Positions 29,207 through 37,381 of a stretch of DNA of 64,000 nucleotides are shown piece after piece. The notes beneath the pieces are model-generated. The model saw nothing but the letters and a program-made list of their open reading frames with translations, was not told the origin of the DNA and did not search any database. Each line of letters begins with the position of its first letter. Position 1 is the first letter of the stretch. The position numbers were made by a program, and so were the translations under genes. This DNA comes from Candidatus Kerfeldbacteria bacterium (GTDB taxonomy: Bacteria > Patescibacteriota > Patescibacteriia > SBBC01), in NCBI GenBank assembly GCA_043799405.1, contig JAZDNT010000002.1, positions 10,716 through 74,715 of the forward strand, in the 5' to 3' direction.

Positions 29207-29268
29207 AACGGATAGAATGTAGGATTCCGGATCCTAAGATAGAGGTTCGATTCCTCTCGGGGGCACCA
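29207..29268 (+). repeat. partial duplicate of the 3' ~62 nt of tRNA-Arg (att-like remnant, not a foldable tRNA)
   Basis: Identical to tRNA-Arg from AACGGATAGAAT through CGGGGGCACCA. The 5' acceptor and D-stem strands are replaced by unrelated sequence, so no cloverleaf forms. Confidence 0.6.
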
Positions 29269-29340
29269 GCAACATTTAGTATCGAGGGAGCGGGAGGGTC
29301 GAGATGCTAGTGAGACCGCCCTTCTTCGGTAAAGATTAGA

Positions 29341-29372
29341 AACAACACAGCAAATCGATTCGCTGTGTTGTT
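29341..29372 (-). terminator. hairpin terminator downstream of the recombinase gene
   Basis: AACAACACAGC-aaatcgattc-GCTGTGTTGTT, an 11-bp stem. On the minus strand it is followed by a U-rich TTTCTAATCTTT. Confidence 0.45.
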
Positions 29373-29396
29373 GTGTCCGGTAATAATTTCAGCTAT

Positions 29397-30731
29397 TTAC
29401 ACCGCGCCCTGAAGTGACAGAACTTTGTTTTTCAGGGTTAACCTACTCTTAAGATTCGCCAACAGTTCTCGCTTCTCCGTCATCGATCCCTCGGTTAGGA
29501 GGTAGACGGCGTAAGCTTTCATATCAAAGGTTTCTCCAGATTCTTTTTCTTTACTTTTACCTAAAGCGATTTTTCGGAACCTATTATACCTGGCAACTTC
29601 ATCTTTGAATTTATGCTTGATACCCAGCTCGTTCATATCGAGGGTGTCCAGTAGCTTCACAATCTGTTCAATAATTTCTTCCTCTCGCATATACCCACAG
29701 GCGCAATTTTTGTCTTTGGACTTGGTACAACCGTAGTAGACATATCGATGTACATTACCATTCTTTTGATTCTTGAATTTCTCACTGGCGGTTATGCCTG
29801 ATCCACAGAGGCCGCAGGATATTAACTTCGTGAAGGCGAACTCCCGATTGTGCTTATTGATTTCGCTCCGGACAAGTTGTTCTTGTGCCTTGTCGTACAG
29901 CTCTTGTTGAATTATTGGCTTATGCTTTCCGGTATACCAGTTGCCGCTCTTTTCCGGATATTCAAAGACACCGTAGTAAAAACTGTTCTTAAGAATAATG
30001 TAAATATTACTAAGCGATAAATGTTTACCGCTTCTTGTTTTGAAATCCACCTCGAATCTTAACCAGTGGTAGAGTTTCCGCCCCGACCACTGCTCATTTC
30101 CCACTTTCTCAAACATTTGCTTGATCATTGGAGCCCGTTCTGAATCAACGATCACCTCACACGGCCTATCCTTTCGTTTTTCGTTTAAGTAGCCGGTCGG
30201 AGCCATACTTGGCCGCAGTCCTTGTTCGCAACGAGTCCGGAGTCCGCGTTTTACATTCACGCTCTTGTTATCATTCTCCAGTTTTGCCTGTGAGCAGAGA
30301 ATCATCAGCATGAATTTCTCGCTCGGCGAATTCGTGAACTTTTGATTATATGTGCGTATTTCCAGGAGTAACTTTTGATCCATTAAATCCACGAGTGCAC
30401 CAAGATCACCGGCGTTCCGGCTCAATCGGTCAGGTGCCCACGTGAGGACGCCGCTAAACTTAGCGTCTCGGATGTCTTTGATGAGTCCGTTAAACACGTC
30501 GCGCTGTCCAACGGCTTTGGCTGAATGGCTTTCTTTTCTGATCTCGACAATCTCCAGCCCATCACGTTCGGCAATCTTTAGCATCTCCTTGATCTGGCTA
30601 TCGATAGACAGGATCTGCTGCTCCTCGCTCTCGGTCGACTTCCGAGCGTAAAGGCAGTACTTCACCTTGATCGGGAGCTGTTCTTTGGTTTGGGCTCCAG
30701 CTCCCTTGAGCCCCATGGTTTGGTCAGTCAT
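29397..30731 (-). CDS. large serine recombinase (resolvase/invertase catalytic domain, recombinase domain and zinc-ribbon)
   Basis: 444 aa protein. The N-terminal KYCLYARKSTESEEQ contains the catalytic Ser in the Y-x-R-x-S-T context. The C-terminal Cys cluster CGLCGSG...YYGCTKSKDKNCACGY is typical of LSR zinc-ribbon domains. Confidence 0.85.
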   Translation of the reverse strand: MTDQTMGLKGAGAQTKEQLPIKVKYCLYARKSTESEEQQILSIDSQIKEMLKIAERDGLEIVEIRKESHSAKAVGQRDVFNGLIKDIRDAKFSGVLTWAPDRLSRNAGDLGALVDLMDQKLLLEIRTYNQKFTNSPSEKFMLMILCSQAKLENDNKSVNVKRGLRTRCEQGLRPSMAPTGYLNEKRKDRPCEVIVDSERAPMIKQMFEKVGNEQWSGRKLYHWLRFEVDFKTRSGKHLSLSNIYIILKNSFYYGVFEYPEKSGNWYTGKHKPIIQQELYDKAQEQLVRSEINKHNREFAFTKLISCGLCGSGITASEKFKNQKNGNVHRYVYYGCTKSKDKNCACGYMREEEIIEQIVKLLDTLDMNELGIKHKFKDEVARYNRFRKIALGKSKEKESGETFDMKAYAVYLLTEGSMTEKRELLANLKSRLTLKNKVLSLQGAV

Positions 30732-30897
30732 GCCCCAAGGGATGACGCAACCCCGCTAGGGAGTCCAGGATGGTTGGAGTAGGTAAACTGTTGGTAACTA
30801 ATTGCCTTAAAAAGTTCAGAAATCCTTTACAAATCAAAGAAATTGTGATACAATTCAAGTTAGATTTAGAGCAATGAATTAAATAATTAGCAAACTT

Positions 30898-31608
30898 ATG
30901 TCAGCTGAACGAGGCGGACCTTCGCCAGAAGAGATGGGTATAAACCCCAAAGAGATGCAAGTCCCGGAAGATTCTTCGCAAGAAAGCAGGGAGGTTTTGG
31001 TTGGCGCAACAATAAATCCAGACGGTTCCATAGATAAATCGCAGGCCATGTCTTGGAAAATTACCGGAGAGCGCCTAGAGAAAATGAAGGCAACCGAAGA
31101 ACAGGCAAAGCGAACCAGGGCGGAACGATTAAAAATTCCTGAAGGTGTAGAACCCGGGAGTTCGGAAATGGTTTGGCATACATTAGATAAAGCCAAATTT
31201 CTTAATGAAGAAGCTCGTTCCAAGGCTTTGCGAAATCTTAGTGGTGAATATAAAAGGAATGCTGAAAACTCCCCGGCAGAAAAAAGAAGTGAAGCGCTGA
31301 TTAAACGCTTAGGTACGGAAATGTCCATGATGCGAGGTATGCATAATCCATTTATTCAAGACCGTCTTAATAAGACGAGATCCGAAATTGAGGCAAGTGG
31401 AAAGAAATTCTCTGCTAACGATATGCTCGACTTTATTCAAAGAGAATTCGTTGACAACTGGCAAAAACGCCAAAGCGAAGGAGATGAAACCATAATGATG
31501 CGTGAGGGACATTTTGATGTATCATATAAAACAACAGAGCTTTTAGAAGCGGCTAGAGATTTGCAAGGGAAGTTGATAGACGAGGCAACCAGAGGGGAAG
31601 CCCAATAA
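30898..31608 (+). CDS. hypothetical charged protein (island cargo)
   Basis: 236 aa protein, Lys/Glu-rich, no recognisable motif. It is in the AT-rich island with AT-rich upstream sequence. Confidence 0.45.
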   Translation: MSAERGGPSPEEMGINPKEMQVPEDSSQESREVLVGATINPDGSIDKSQAMSWKITGERLEKMKATEEQAKRTRAERLKIPEGVEPGSSEMVWHTLDKAKFLNEEARSKALRNLSGEYKRNAENSPAEKRSEALIKRLGTEMSMMRGMHNPFIQDRLNKTRSEIEASGKKFSANDMLDFIQREFVDNWQKRQSEGDETIMMREGHFDVSYKTTELLEAARDLQGKLIDEATRGEAQ

Positions 31609-31886
31609 ATTGGTAAAATCAATTGGAACGTATTTCTCCCGAACACCCGGCCGCAGAACGAGTCGCCAAAGAACAAGAATAGCAACAACTATCTGAAGAA
31701 GCCGATCAAATCGCTGATCGTCTAGGAGGACCCATCGATCCAGGCATCAAAGAAACCGTCGTCGGACTTTGGGCGCATGGGTTAACCACGGGACAATCAT
31801 GCGAGGGTCATGACGATCAAGCCGAAGCGCTTCCGTGGGTCAGCGTTGAAGCACCGGAACCGGAGGGATGGTATGGTAGTCCCGAG

Positions 31887-32168
31887 TTGACCAAACAATG
31901 GCAGAAAGAGAATGAACGGTTAGCTAGTCGCTTTCGAGAAATTCTTGATGATTATTATCGTCAACGAACAGAAAATGGTGAAATACTCCCTGACGAATTG
32001 CGACTTGTGGAAGCACCGCAGGGTATCTATGGAGCATTTCGAATTGAATCAGGCTCACAAGAACGAATATCAGGGTTATCAAAAACCGAGCGTGCAAAGG
32101 AAGCAGCCCCGCATCGTGAAGAAATGAGGCGCTTAACTGCATATCTAAAAGAACGCTTTCTTGGTTAG
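31887..32168 (+). CDS. hypothetical protein (TTG start in track; reading frame stays open upstream to 31683 with no ATG/GTG/TTG)
   Basis: 93 aa from a TTG start. The in-frame upstream extension QQLSEEADQIADRLGGPIDPGIKETVVGLWAHGLTTGQSCEGHDDQAEALPWVSVEAPEPEGWYGSPEL has no start codon, so this may be a non-canonical start or a decayed gene. Confidence 0.3.
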   Translation: MTKQWQKENERLASRFREILDDYYRQRTENGEILPDELRLVEAPQGIYGAFRIESGSQERISGLSKTERAKEAAPHREEMRRLTAYLKERFLG

Positions 32169-32247
32169 TTGAAGGGTTTCTGAAAATTTAAGAATGGTAC
32201 AGCCGTAAAAAGCCTAATTTAGGCTATACTTGGGCAAAAATGACAGG

Positions 32248-32298
32248 AAATGAGACACGAGACAGACCCCCTATGTCGTGTCTCATTTGTCTCATTTT
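32248..32298 (+). terminator. long hairpin plus T-run (terminator or regulatory hairpin) before the GIY-YIG gene
   Basis: AAATGAGACACGAGAC-agaccccctat-GTCGTGTCTCATTT followed by GTCTCATTTTGAATT. A second palindrome AGCCTAA-TT-TAGGCT lies at 32208-32223. Confidence 0.5.
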
Positions 32299-32363
32299 GA
32301 ATTCCAGACCCCGACCGAGAGACGTCAAATCAGCCCCTGGAAATAGCTTGGAAAAGCCTTACA

Positions 32364-32699
32364 ATGCTTGTAGAAGCCAGTTCCAAGACCGTGGAGGGGC
32401 ACCAGCCTACGCTCAAGCTTCGGTTGGCAAGCCAACTAAGAAATATATGGTATGTCTATGGACTTCGATGCAATGATGGGTCGCTCTACATCGGTTCGAC
32501 CGATAATGTAGAACGTCGTCTTACTGAGCATCGAAATGGCAAAACACCATCATTACGATATATATTACCTCTTGAACTGCAATTTTATATCGCCGTCCGG
32601 ACAGAAGCTATTGCAAGGAAATTAGAAATATATTGTAAGACAGGCTCAGGCAAAGCCGTTATTAAGAAACGATTTTTATCCGACGAAGCGTACGCGTAG
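32364..32699 (+). CDS. GIY-YIG nuclease-domain protein
   Basis: NIWYVYGLRCNDGSLYIGSTDNVERRLTEHRNGK is a classic GIY-YIG motif. The track ATG at 32364 overlaps a TACAAT -10-like hexamer. The true start may be the in-frame TTG at 32424 (M-ASQLRNIWYVYG...). Confidence 0.65.
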   Translation: MLVEASSKTVEGHQPTLKLRLASQLRNIWYVYGLRCNDGSLYIGSTDNVERRLTEHRNGKTPSLRYILPLELQFYIAVRTEAIARKLEIYCKTGSGKAVIKKRFLSDEAYA

Positions 32700-32863
32700 T
32701 CGGGCCTCTGGGGGGCACCATGCGTCAATATACCCTACGCCTGCGCGAAGTCGTTGAAACTTCTTTGCTCCGGCTTCGGGTATGTGCCACTTACCCCACT
32801 CGCGCGTGCTCCGCGCGTTGCGCGTTCGTTCCGCTCTCGTGGGACCCTACAGGAAGTGTGCGG

Positions 32864-33202
32864 TTAGTGCTGTGAGGAAGTATTGTCGGGCGGAGGCGCT
32901 TGATGTGCGCGCGACTTCTTCATGAAGTATCGGATCAAGAACGGTACTCCGAAGAGGGCCGCAAGCCAGATGATGACATTGAACACGCCGTTGCTCCAGA
33001 GCGTTATGTTGTAGAACTCGCCCATTCTAACCGTTTCAAACGGCCAGCTGTGGATGAAGCCGTAGTAGCCGTTCGGTCCCAGATCGTAAAAGATGTTATC
33101 AACCCATGAAATGATCACCGAGAATGCGATGCCAAGGATGATATAGAGAGCCCACCCGACGTTCTTATATGCCATAGTAGTAGTATTAATGTTATCCATC
33201 AT
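32864..33202 (-). CDS. small hydrophobic membrane protein
   Basis: Shortened from track ORF 32864..33556, which would overlap ddl. It starts at MMDNINTTTMAYKNVGWALYIILGIAFSVIISWV..., giving two or three TM helices. Confidence 0.4.
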   Translation of the reverse strand: MMDNINTTTMAYKNVGWALYIILGIAFSVIISWVDNIFYDLGPNGYYGFIHSWPFETVRMGEFYNITLWSNGVFNVIIWLAALFGVPFLIRYFMKKSRAHQAPPPDNTSSQH

Positions 33203-33295
33203 CAGTATATCATCGTTCGTTTGTATATCGAATGCGCCATTCAGCCGTGCATGATCTCTCTTGTCGATGAGGACCGCTAGCACTACACTACGTAT

Positions 33296-34399
33296 ATGAA
33301 GAAGCTCAGAGTCGGTATATTGTTCGGTGGCAGGTCGGCGGAACACGAGGTGTCGCTGCAGTCCGCGAAGAGCGTCATTGAGTCGCTCGACCGGAAGAAG
33401 TACGACGTCGTTTTGATCGGCATCGACAAGAAGGGGAAGTGGTACCTGAACGAGGCCTCGAAGTTTTTGCTGAACGCAGAGAATCCTTCTCTGATAAAAC
33501 TGAACACCGCATCCGCGAGGGAAGTGGCATTGGTGCCGGGAGAAGCAGTAAATCAACTAGTGCCGATGTCGGGCAGCGAGCCGCTGGGGCACCTCGACGT
33601 CGTGTTCCCCGTGCTGCACGGCCCGTTCGGCGAGGATGGGACTGTGCAGGGACTGCTGAAGCTTGCGAACATACCGTTCGTCGGCGTGAGCGTGCTCGGA
33701 TCGGCAGTCGGCATGGACAAGGACGTGACAAAACGATTGCTCCGAGAGGCAGGGATACCGACGCCGAAGTTCCTGACGTTCGACCGCGTGAAGCCGAACG
33801 ACATTTCATTTGAGAACGTGGAAAAGGAACTTGGGCTTCCGGTTTTCATCAAACCCGCGAATCTCGGTTCGTCCGTCGGCATCCATAAGGCGCACAACAA
33901 GAAAGAATTCGAGGCTGGTGTTGCGGATGCGCTATCGTTCGACACCAAGATCATTGTTGAGGAAGCCATCGTCGGTCGCGAACTTGAATGTGCAGTACTT
34001 GGGAACGAGAAGCCGGAAGCGTCATTGCCCGGTGAGGTGAAGTCGCAGCACGAATTCTACGACTATGAAGCGAAGTACATCGACGAGCACGGCGCGGCGC
34101 TTGATATTCCCGCGAAAGTCAAAGCGGATGTCGTGGAGAGAGTGAAGGAGTTGGCCGTGAGGACGTTCAAAACGCTAACCTGCGAAGGCATGGCGCGCGT
34201 GGACTTCTTTCTTAAGAAGGACGGTACGCTCCTCGTGAACGAGATCAATACGATCCCGGGATTCACCGGTACGATCAGTATGTACCCGAAGCTCTGGCAG
34301 GCGAGCGGCGTCCCGTTCGCCGAGTTGCTCGATCGGCTGATCTCGCTTGCGATCGAGCGGTTTAACCGTGAACAGGGATTACGGACGTCGTATACATAG
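33296..34399 (+). CDS. ddl: D-alanine--D-alanine ligase
   Basis: 367 aa protein. MKKLRVGILFGGRSAEHEVSLQSAKSV is the N-terminal domain, and the ATP-grasp region includes VFIKPANLGSSVGI and EINTIPGFT. Confidence 0.9.
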   Translation: MKKLRVGILFGGRSAEHEVSLQSAKSVIESLDRKKYDVVLIGIDKKGKWYLNEASKFLLNAENPSLIKLNTASAREVALVPGEAVNQLVPMSGSEPLGHLDVVFPVLHGPFGEDGTVQGLLKLANIPFVGVSVLGSAVGMDKDVTKRLLREAGIPTPKFLTFDRVKPNDISFENVEKELGLPVFIKPANLGSSVGIHKAHNKKEFEAGVADALSFDTKIIVEEAIVGRELECAVLGNEKPEASLPGEVKSQHEFYDYEAKYIDEHGAALDIPAKVKADVVERVKELAVRTFKTLTCEGMARVDFFLKKDGTLLVNEINTIPGFTGTISMYPKLWQASGVPFAELLDRLISLAIERFNREQGLRTSYT

Positions 34400-34408
34400 G
34401 CATAAACC

Positions 34409-34438
34409 TTGACCCCTGGGCGGATCCCGCCGTACGAT
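34409..34438 (+). promoter_or_regulatory. sigma70-like promoter candidate for guaB
   Basis: TTGACC(34409-34414)-18 nt-TACGAT(34433-34438). The spacer contains the palindrome GGGCGGATCCCGCC. Confidence 0.4.
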
Positions 34439-34497
34439 ATAGTTGTTCGAACCCTGACGCAAGTGCCGGATACGTCCGGCGGTATTCCTTTCTGTCC

Positions 34498-35949
34498 ATG
34501 AAACAATCAAACGATATTTCGCTCGGCCTGACCTTCAATGACGTTTTGCTTATCCCTAAGAAGACGCCGGTATCTTCGAGGCAGGATATTTCGGTAACAT
34601 CCCGGTTCTCGAGAAACCTGACGCTCAACGTTCCGGTCATCAGCGCAAACCAGGATACGGTTACGGAATCGGCCATGGCGATCGCGATGAGCCGCGAAGG
34701 GGGACTCGGTATTATCCATCGTTTCATGACGATCGAACAGCAGGTCGATGAGGTCACCAAGGTTAAGCGGTGGAGTCATGTCGTTATTGGCGACCCGTAT
34801 GCGCTGCCTGAATCCTCGACATTGCGTGAACTTTTTCGAAACCGTGAGCGGTACGGGATCACAAGCTTCCTCATCATCGACGGGCAGGGGAAATTGACCG
34901 GCATCGTGACAGCGCGTGATACGGTGTTTGAGGATAACCTTGATACGCCGGTCGGCACGATCATGACGCCGAAAGAAAAACTCGTGACCGCAGACCCTTC
35001 CATCTCCAGCGAACAGGCAAAACAGCTGCTCCATAAGCATCGGATCGAAAAACTGCCATTGGTTGATGGCGCCGGGAAACCAGTGGGGCTCATAACGCTC
35101 CAGGACATCCTCAAACGTGAGAAGTTTCCGAACGCTTCGCATGACCGGAACGGCAGGCTGCTCGTCGGCGCGGCGATCGGCGTGAAGGATGATTACATCG
35201 ACCGCGCTGATGCGTTGCTTGCGGCTGGCGCCGATGCGCTCGTTCTCGACATCGCGCACGGACATGCCGACCAGTCGCTCCATGCCATCAAGGCGATACG
35301 CGAGAAATTCGGTTCTGTCGAGCTTGTCGCCGGAAACGTCGCGACCGCCGAAGCGACCAAGGACCTCATCAGGGCCGGCGTCGACGCCGTTAAAGTCGGG
35401 GTCGGACCCGGGTCGTCGTGCATCACACGGATCGTGACGGGAGCAGGCGTACCGCAACTCACCGCGATCATGGACTGTGCATCGGCCGCGAAGAAGAGCG
35501 GTATCCCGATCATCGCTGACGGCGGCATTCAGACGTCAGGCGACGCGACAAAAGCGCTTGCCGCAGGCGCGTCAACGGTGATGTGCGGCAACCTGTTCGC
35601 AGGAACCGACGAGAGTCCGGGCGTACTGGTGACGCGGAATGGCCGGAAGGTTAAGGTATTCCGCGGCATGGCGTCGCGAGGCGCCGCGAAAGGCCGCATG
35701 ATGCGCGAGAACAAGCCGACGGACGACACGACATTCAACGAGATGGTTCCGGAGGGCGTCGAGGCGGTCGTTCCGTACCGCGGTTCAACGCGGGACGTTC
35801 TCTTGCAGATGGTCGGGGGATTACGGTCCGGCCTAAGCTACTGCGGATCGCGAACGATCGATGAGCTCCACGAGAAAGCGGAGTTCATCCGGATCACGCC
35901 GGCTGGTTTTCACGAGAGCATGCCTCACGACGCCGAGGTCACATCGTAG
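34498..35949 (+). CDS. guaB: inosine-5'-monophosphate dehydrogenase (with CBS pair)
   Basis: 483 aa protein. [12 protein letters not shown] is at the N-terminus. The catalytic loop is [24 protein letters not shown], and the phosphate-binding GGIQTSGD is present. Confidence 0.9.
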   Translation: MKQSNDISLGLTFNDVLLIPKKTPVSSRQDISVTSRFSRNLTLNVPVISANQDTVTESAMAIAMSREGGLGIIHRFMTIEQQVDEVTKVKRWSHVVIGDPYALPESSTLRELFRNRERYGITSFLIIDGQGKLTGIVTARDTVFEDNLDTPVGTIMTPKEKLVTADPSISSEQAKQLLHKHRIEKLPLVDGAGKPVGLITLQDILKREKFPNASHDRNGRLLVGAAIGVKDDYIDRADALLAAGADALVLDIAHGHADQSLHAIKAIREKFGSVELVAGNVATAEATKDLIRAGVDAVKVGVGPGSSCITRIVTGAGVPQLTAIMDCASAAKKSGIPIIADGGIQTSGDATKALAAGASTVMCGNLFAGTDESPGVLVTRNGRKVKVFRGMASRGAAKGRMMRENKPTDDTTFNEMVPEGVEAVVPYRGSTRDVLLQMVGGLRSGLSYCGSRTIDELHEKAEFIRITPAGFHESMPHDAEVTS

Positions 35950-36209
35950 AGCTCGAGGAGGGCGCCAGCATCTTCGTCCGTGGCGAGAACGGCTCGCGGT
36001 ACTCGCTCTCTCTCTTCGCCGTCGAGCGCGGTCTGGAGGTGCAGACCCTCGCTCCGCCCCTGCGCGTGTAGGTCAACAACAATCCTAGTTACCATTCGAT
36101 CTTTCGGGGGGACGACATACTAGGCACTGCCGTCCCCTCACCACCCCGTTCACGAACAGGGAGTTTATTGTGACATCATAGTAGCCGTGGTATTCTGATC
36201 GGAGTCGAT

Positions 36210-37163
36210 ATGGGTATTTTTTCAATCATTCTTGTCGTTGCCGGCTTGTCGGTCTTCGAAATCGTAAGCAGCATTGATAACGCGGTCATCAACGCAGAGG
36301 TGCTCTCGACGGTCGGCAGGAGGATGCGTCGCTGGTTCATTAAGTGGGGCATTTTCATTGCAGTGTTCCTCGTTCGTGGGCTGTTGCCGTGGATCATCGT
36401 GTGGATTGCAACGCCGTCGCTTGGGTTTTTCGGTTCGCTTACTGCGACGTTCAGCGGTGATCCCGAAGTGGTGAGCGCGGTTGAACGGTCAGCGCCCCTG
36501 TTGCTCACCGCGGCAGGAACGTTCCTCGTATTCCTGTTTTTTCACTGGTTGTTTTTGGAAAAGAAGAACTTCGGTCTCTTCGGAGAACGGTTCTTCTTCG
36601 CGAACGGCGTTTGGTTCTACGCGGTCGTGTCCGTGATGCTGGCGGCAATTGTGTTCTTCGCCCAGCGACAAGACCCGCTCATGGGGTTCAGCGCCGTTAT
36701 CGGCTCGACAGCATTCTTCATCACGCACGGTTTTAAGCAGAACGCCGAGCAGGCGGAGCAGCGCCTCATGAACCCGGGAATGTCGGATCTGAGCAAGGTT
36801 TTCTACCTCGAGGTCATTGATGCGACATTCTCGATCGATGGCGTACTCGGCGCGTTCGCGTTCACGCTCTCGGTACCGCTGATCCTGATCGGAAACGGGA
36901 TCGGAGCAATCGTCGTGCGCCAGCTCACCATCGGGAACATCGATCGTATCAAGAAGTACGCATTCTTGAAGAACGGCGCAATGTATTCGATTTTCTTCCT
37001 TGGGGCGATCATGCTCATGGACAGCTTTGGGATCAACATTCCGTATTGGGTTTCTCCGGTCGTGACGTTCGCTGTCATCGTGTATTTCTTCCGAAAGTCC
37101 ATTCGTTCGACGCCTCTAGCAAGCAATAACAGCGGCAACAGCCTTAGTCAGCAGCACCCATGA
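36210..37163 (+). CDS. TerC/YkoY-family (DUF475-like) integral membrane protein
   Basis: 317 aa multi-TM protein. The N-terminal EIVSSIDNAVINAEVL resembles the TerC-family (E-[LI]-S-L-S-[VI]-D-N-A) motif. Confidence 0.5.
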   Translation: MGIFSIILVVAGLSVFEIVSSIDNAVINAEVLSTVGRRMRRWFIKWGIFIAVFLVRGLLPWIIVWIATPSLGFFGSLTATFSGDPEVVSAVERSAPLLLTAAGTFLVFLFFHWLFLEKKNFGLFGERFFFANGVWFYAVVSVMLAAIVFFAQRQDPLMGFSAVIGSTAFFITHGFKQNAEQAEQRLMNPGMSDLSKVFYLEVIDATFSIDGVLGAFAFTLSVPLILIGNGIGAIVVRQLTIGNIDRIKKYAFLKNGAMYSIFFLGAIMLMDSFGINIPYWVSPVVTFAVIVYFFRKSIRSTPLASNNSGNSLSQQHP

Positions 37164-37381
37164 CATGATATGCTGTTGGTGCGGCATTGGTTGAGTGTGT
37201 CTGATTTTAGTAACCCTTGACAGGAACCCAGAGGCGTGGTTGGGTATGAAGTTATTTCATTCAACGTTGTTAATAAGCATTGGGTATAACTTGTGGGCAA
37301 TCAATCATCGATAACTTCTTCATATTGTTATATGGTGAGTAGACGTAATCGTATGTTACGTTACGCGAATTTCCTTCTTGT

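Larger units (their letters stand above)
29200..32725. mobile_element. putative integrated element (serine recombinase, two hypothetical genes, GIY-YIG gene), AT-richer than flanks, bounded by tRNA-Arg 3'-end direct repeats
   Basis: Left boundary is the partial tRNA-Arg copy ending CCTCTCGGGGGCACCA (29253-29268). Right boundary is CCTCTGGGGGGCACCATGCG (32705-32724). The interior is visibly AT-richer than the rest of the window. Confidence 0.5.

Noticed and set aside
32864-33556. Full-length 230-aa minus ORF
   Set aside because: Its 5' third overlaps the ddl start region on the opposite strand and is Arg/Leu-rich. Only the hydrophobic C-terminal ~113 aa (start at 33202) looks protein-like.
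34409-34446. GGGCGGATCCCGCC as a terminator for ddl
   Set aside because: The stem is short and there is no T-run. It sits in the spacer of a better-supported promoter-like motif, so it is noted only inside the promoter feature.
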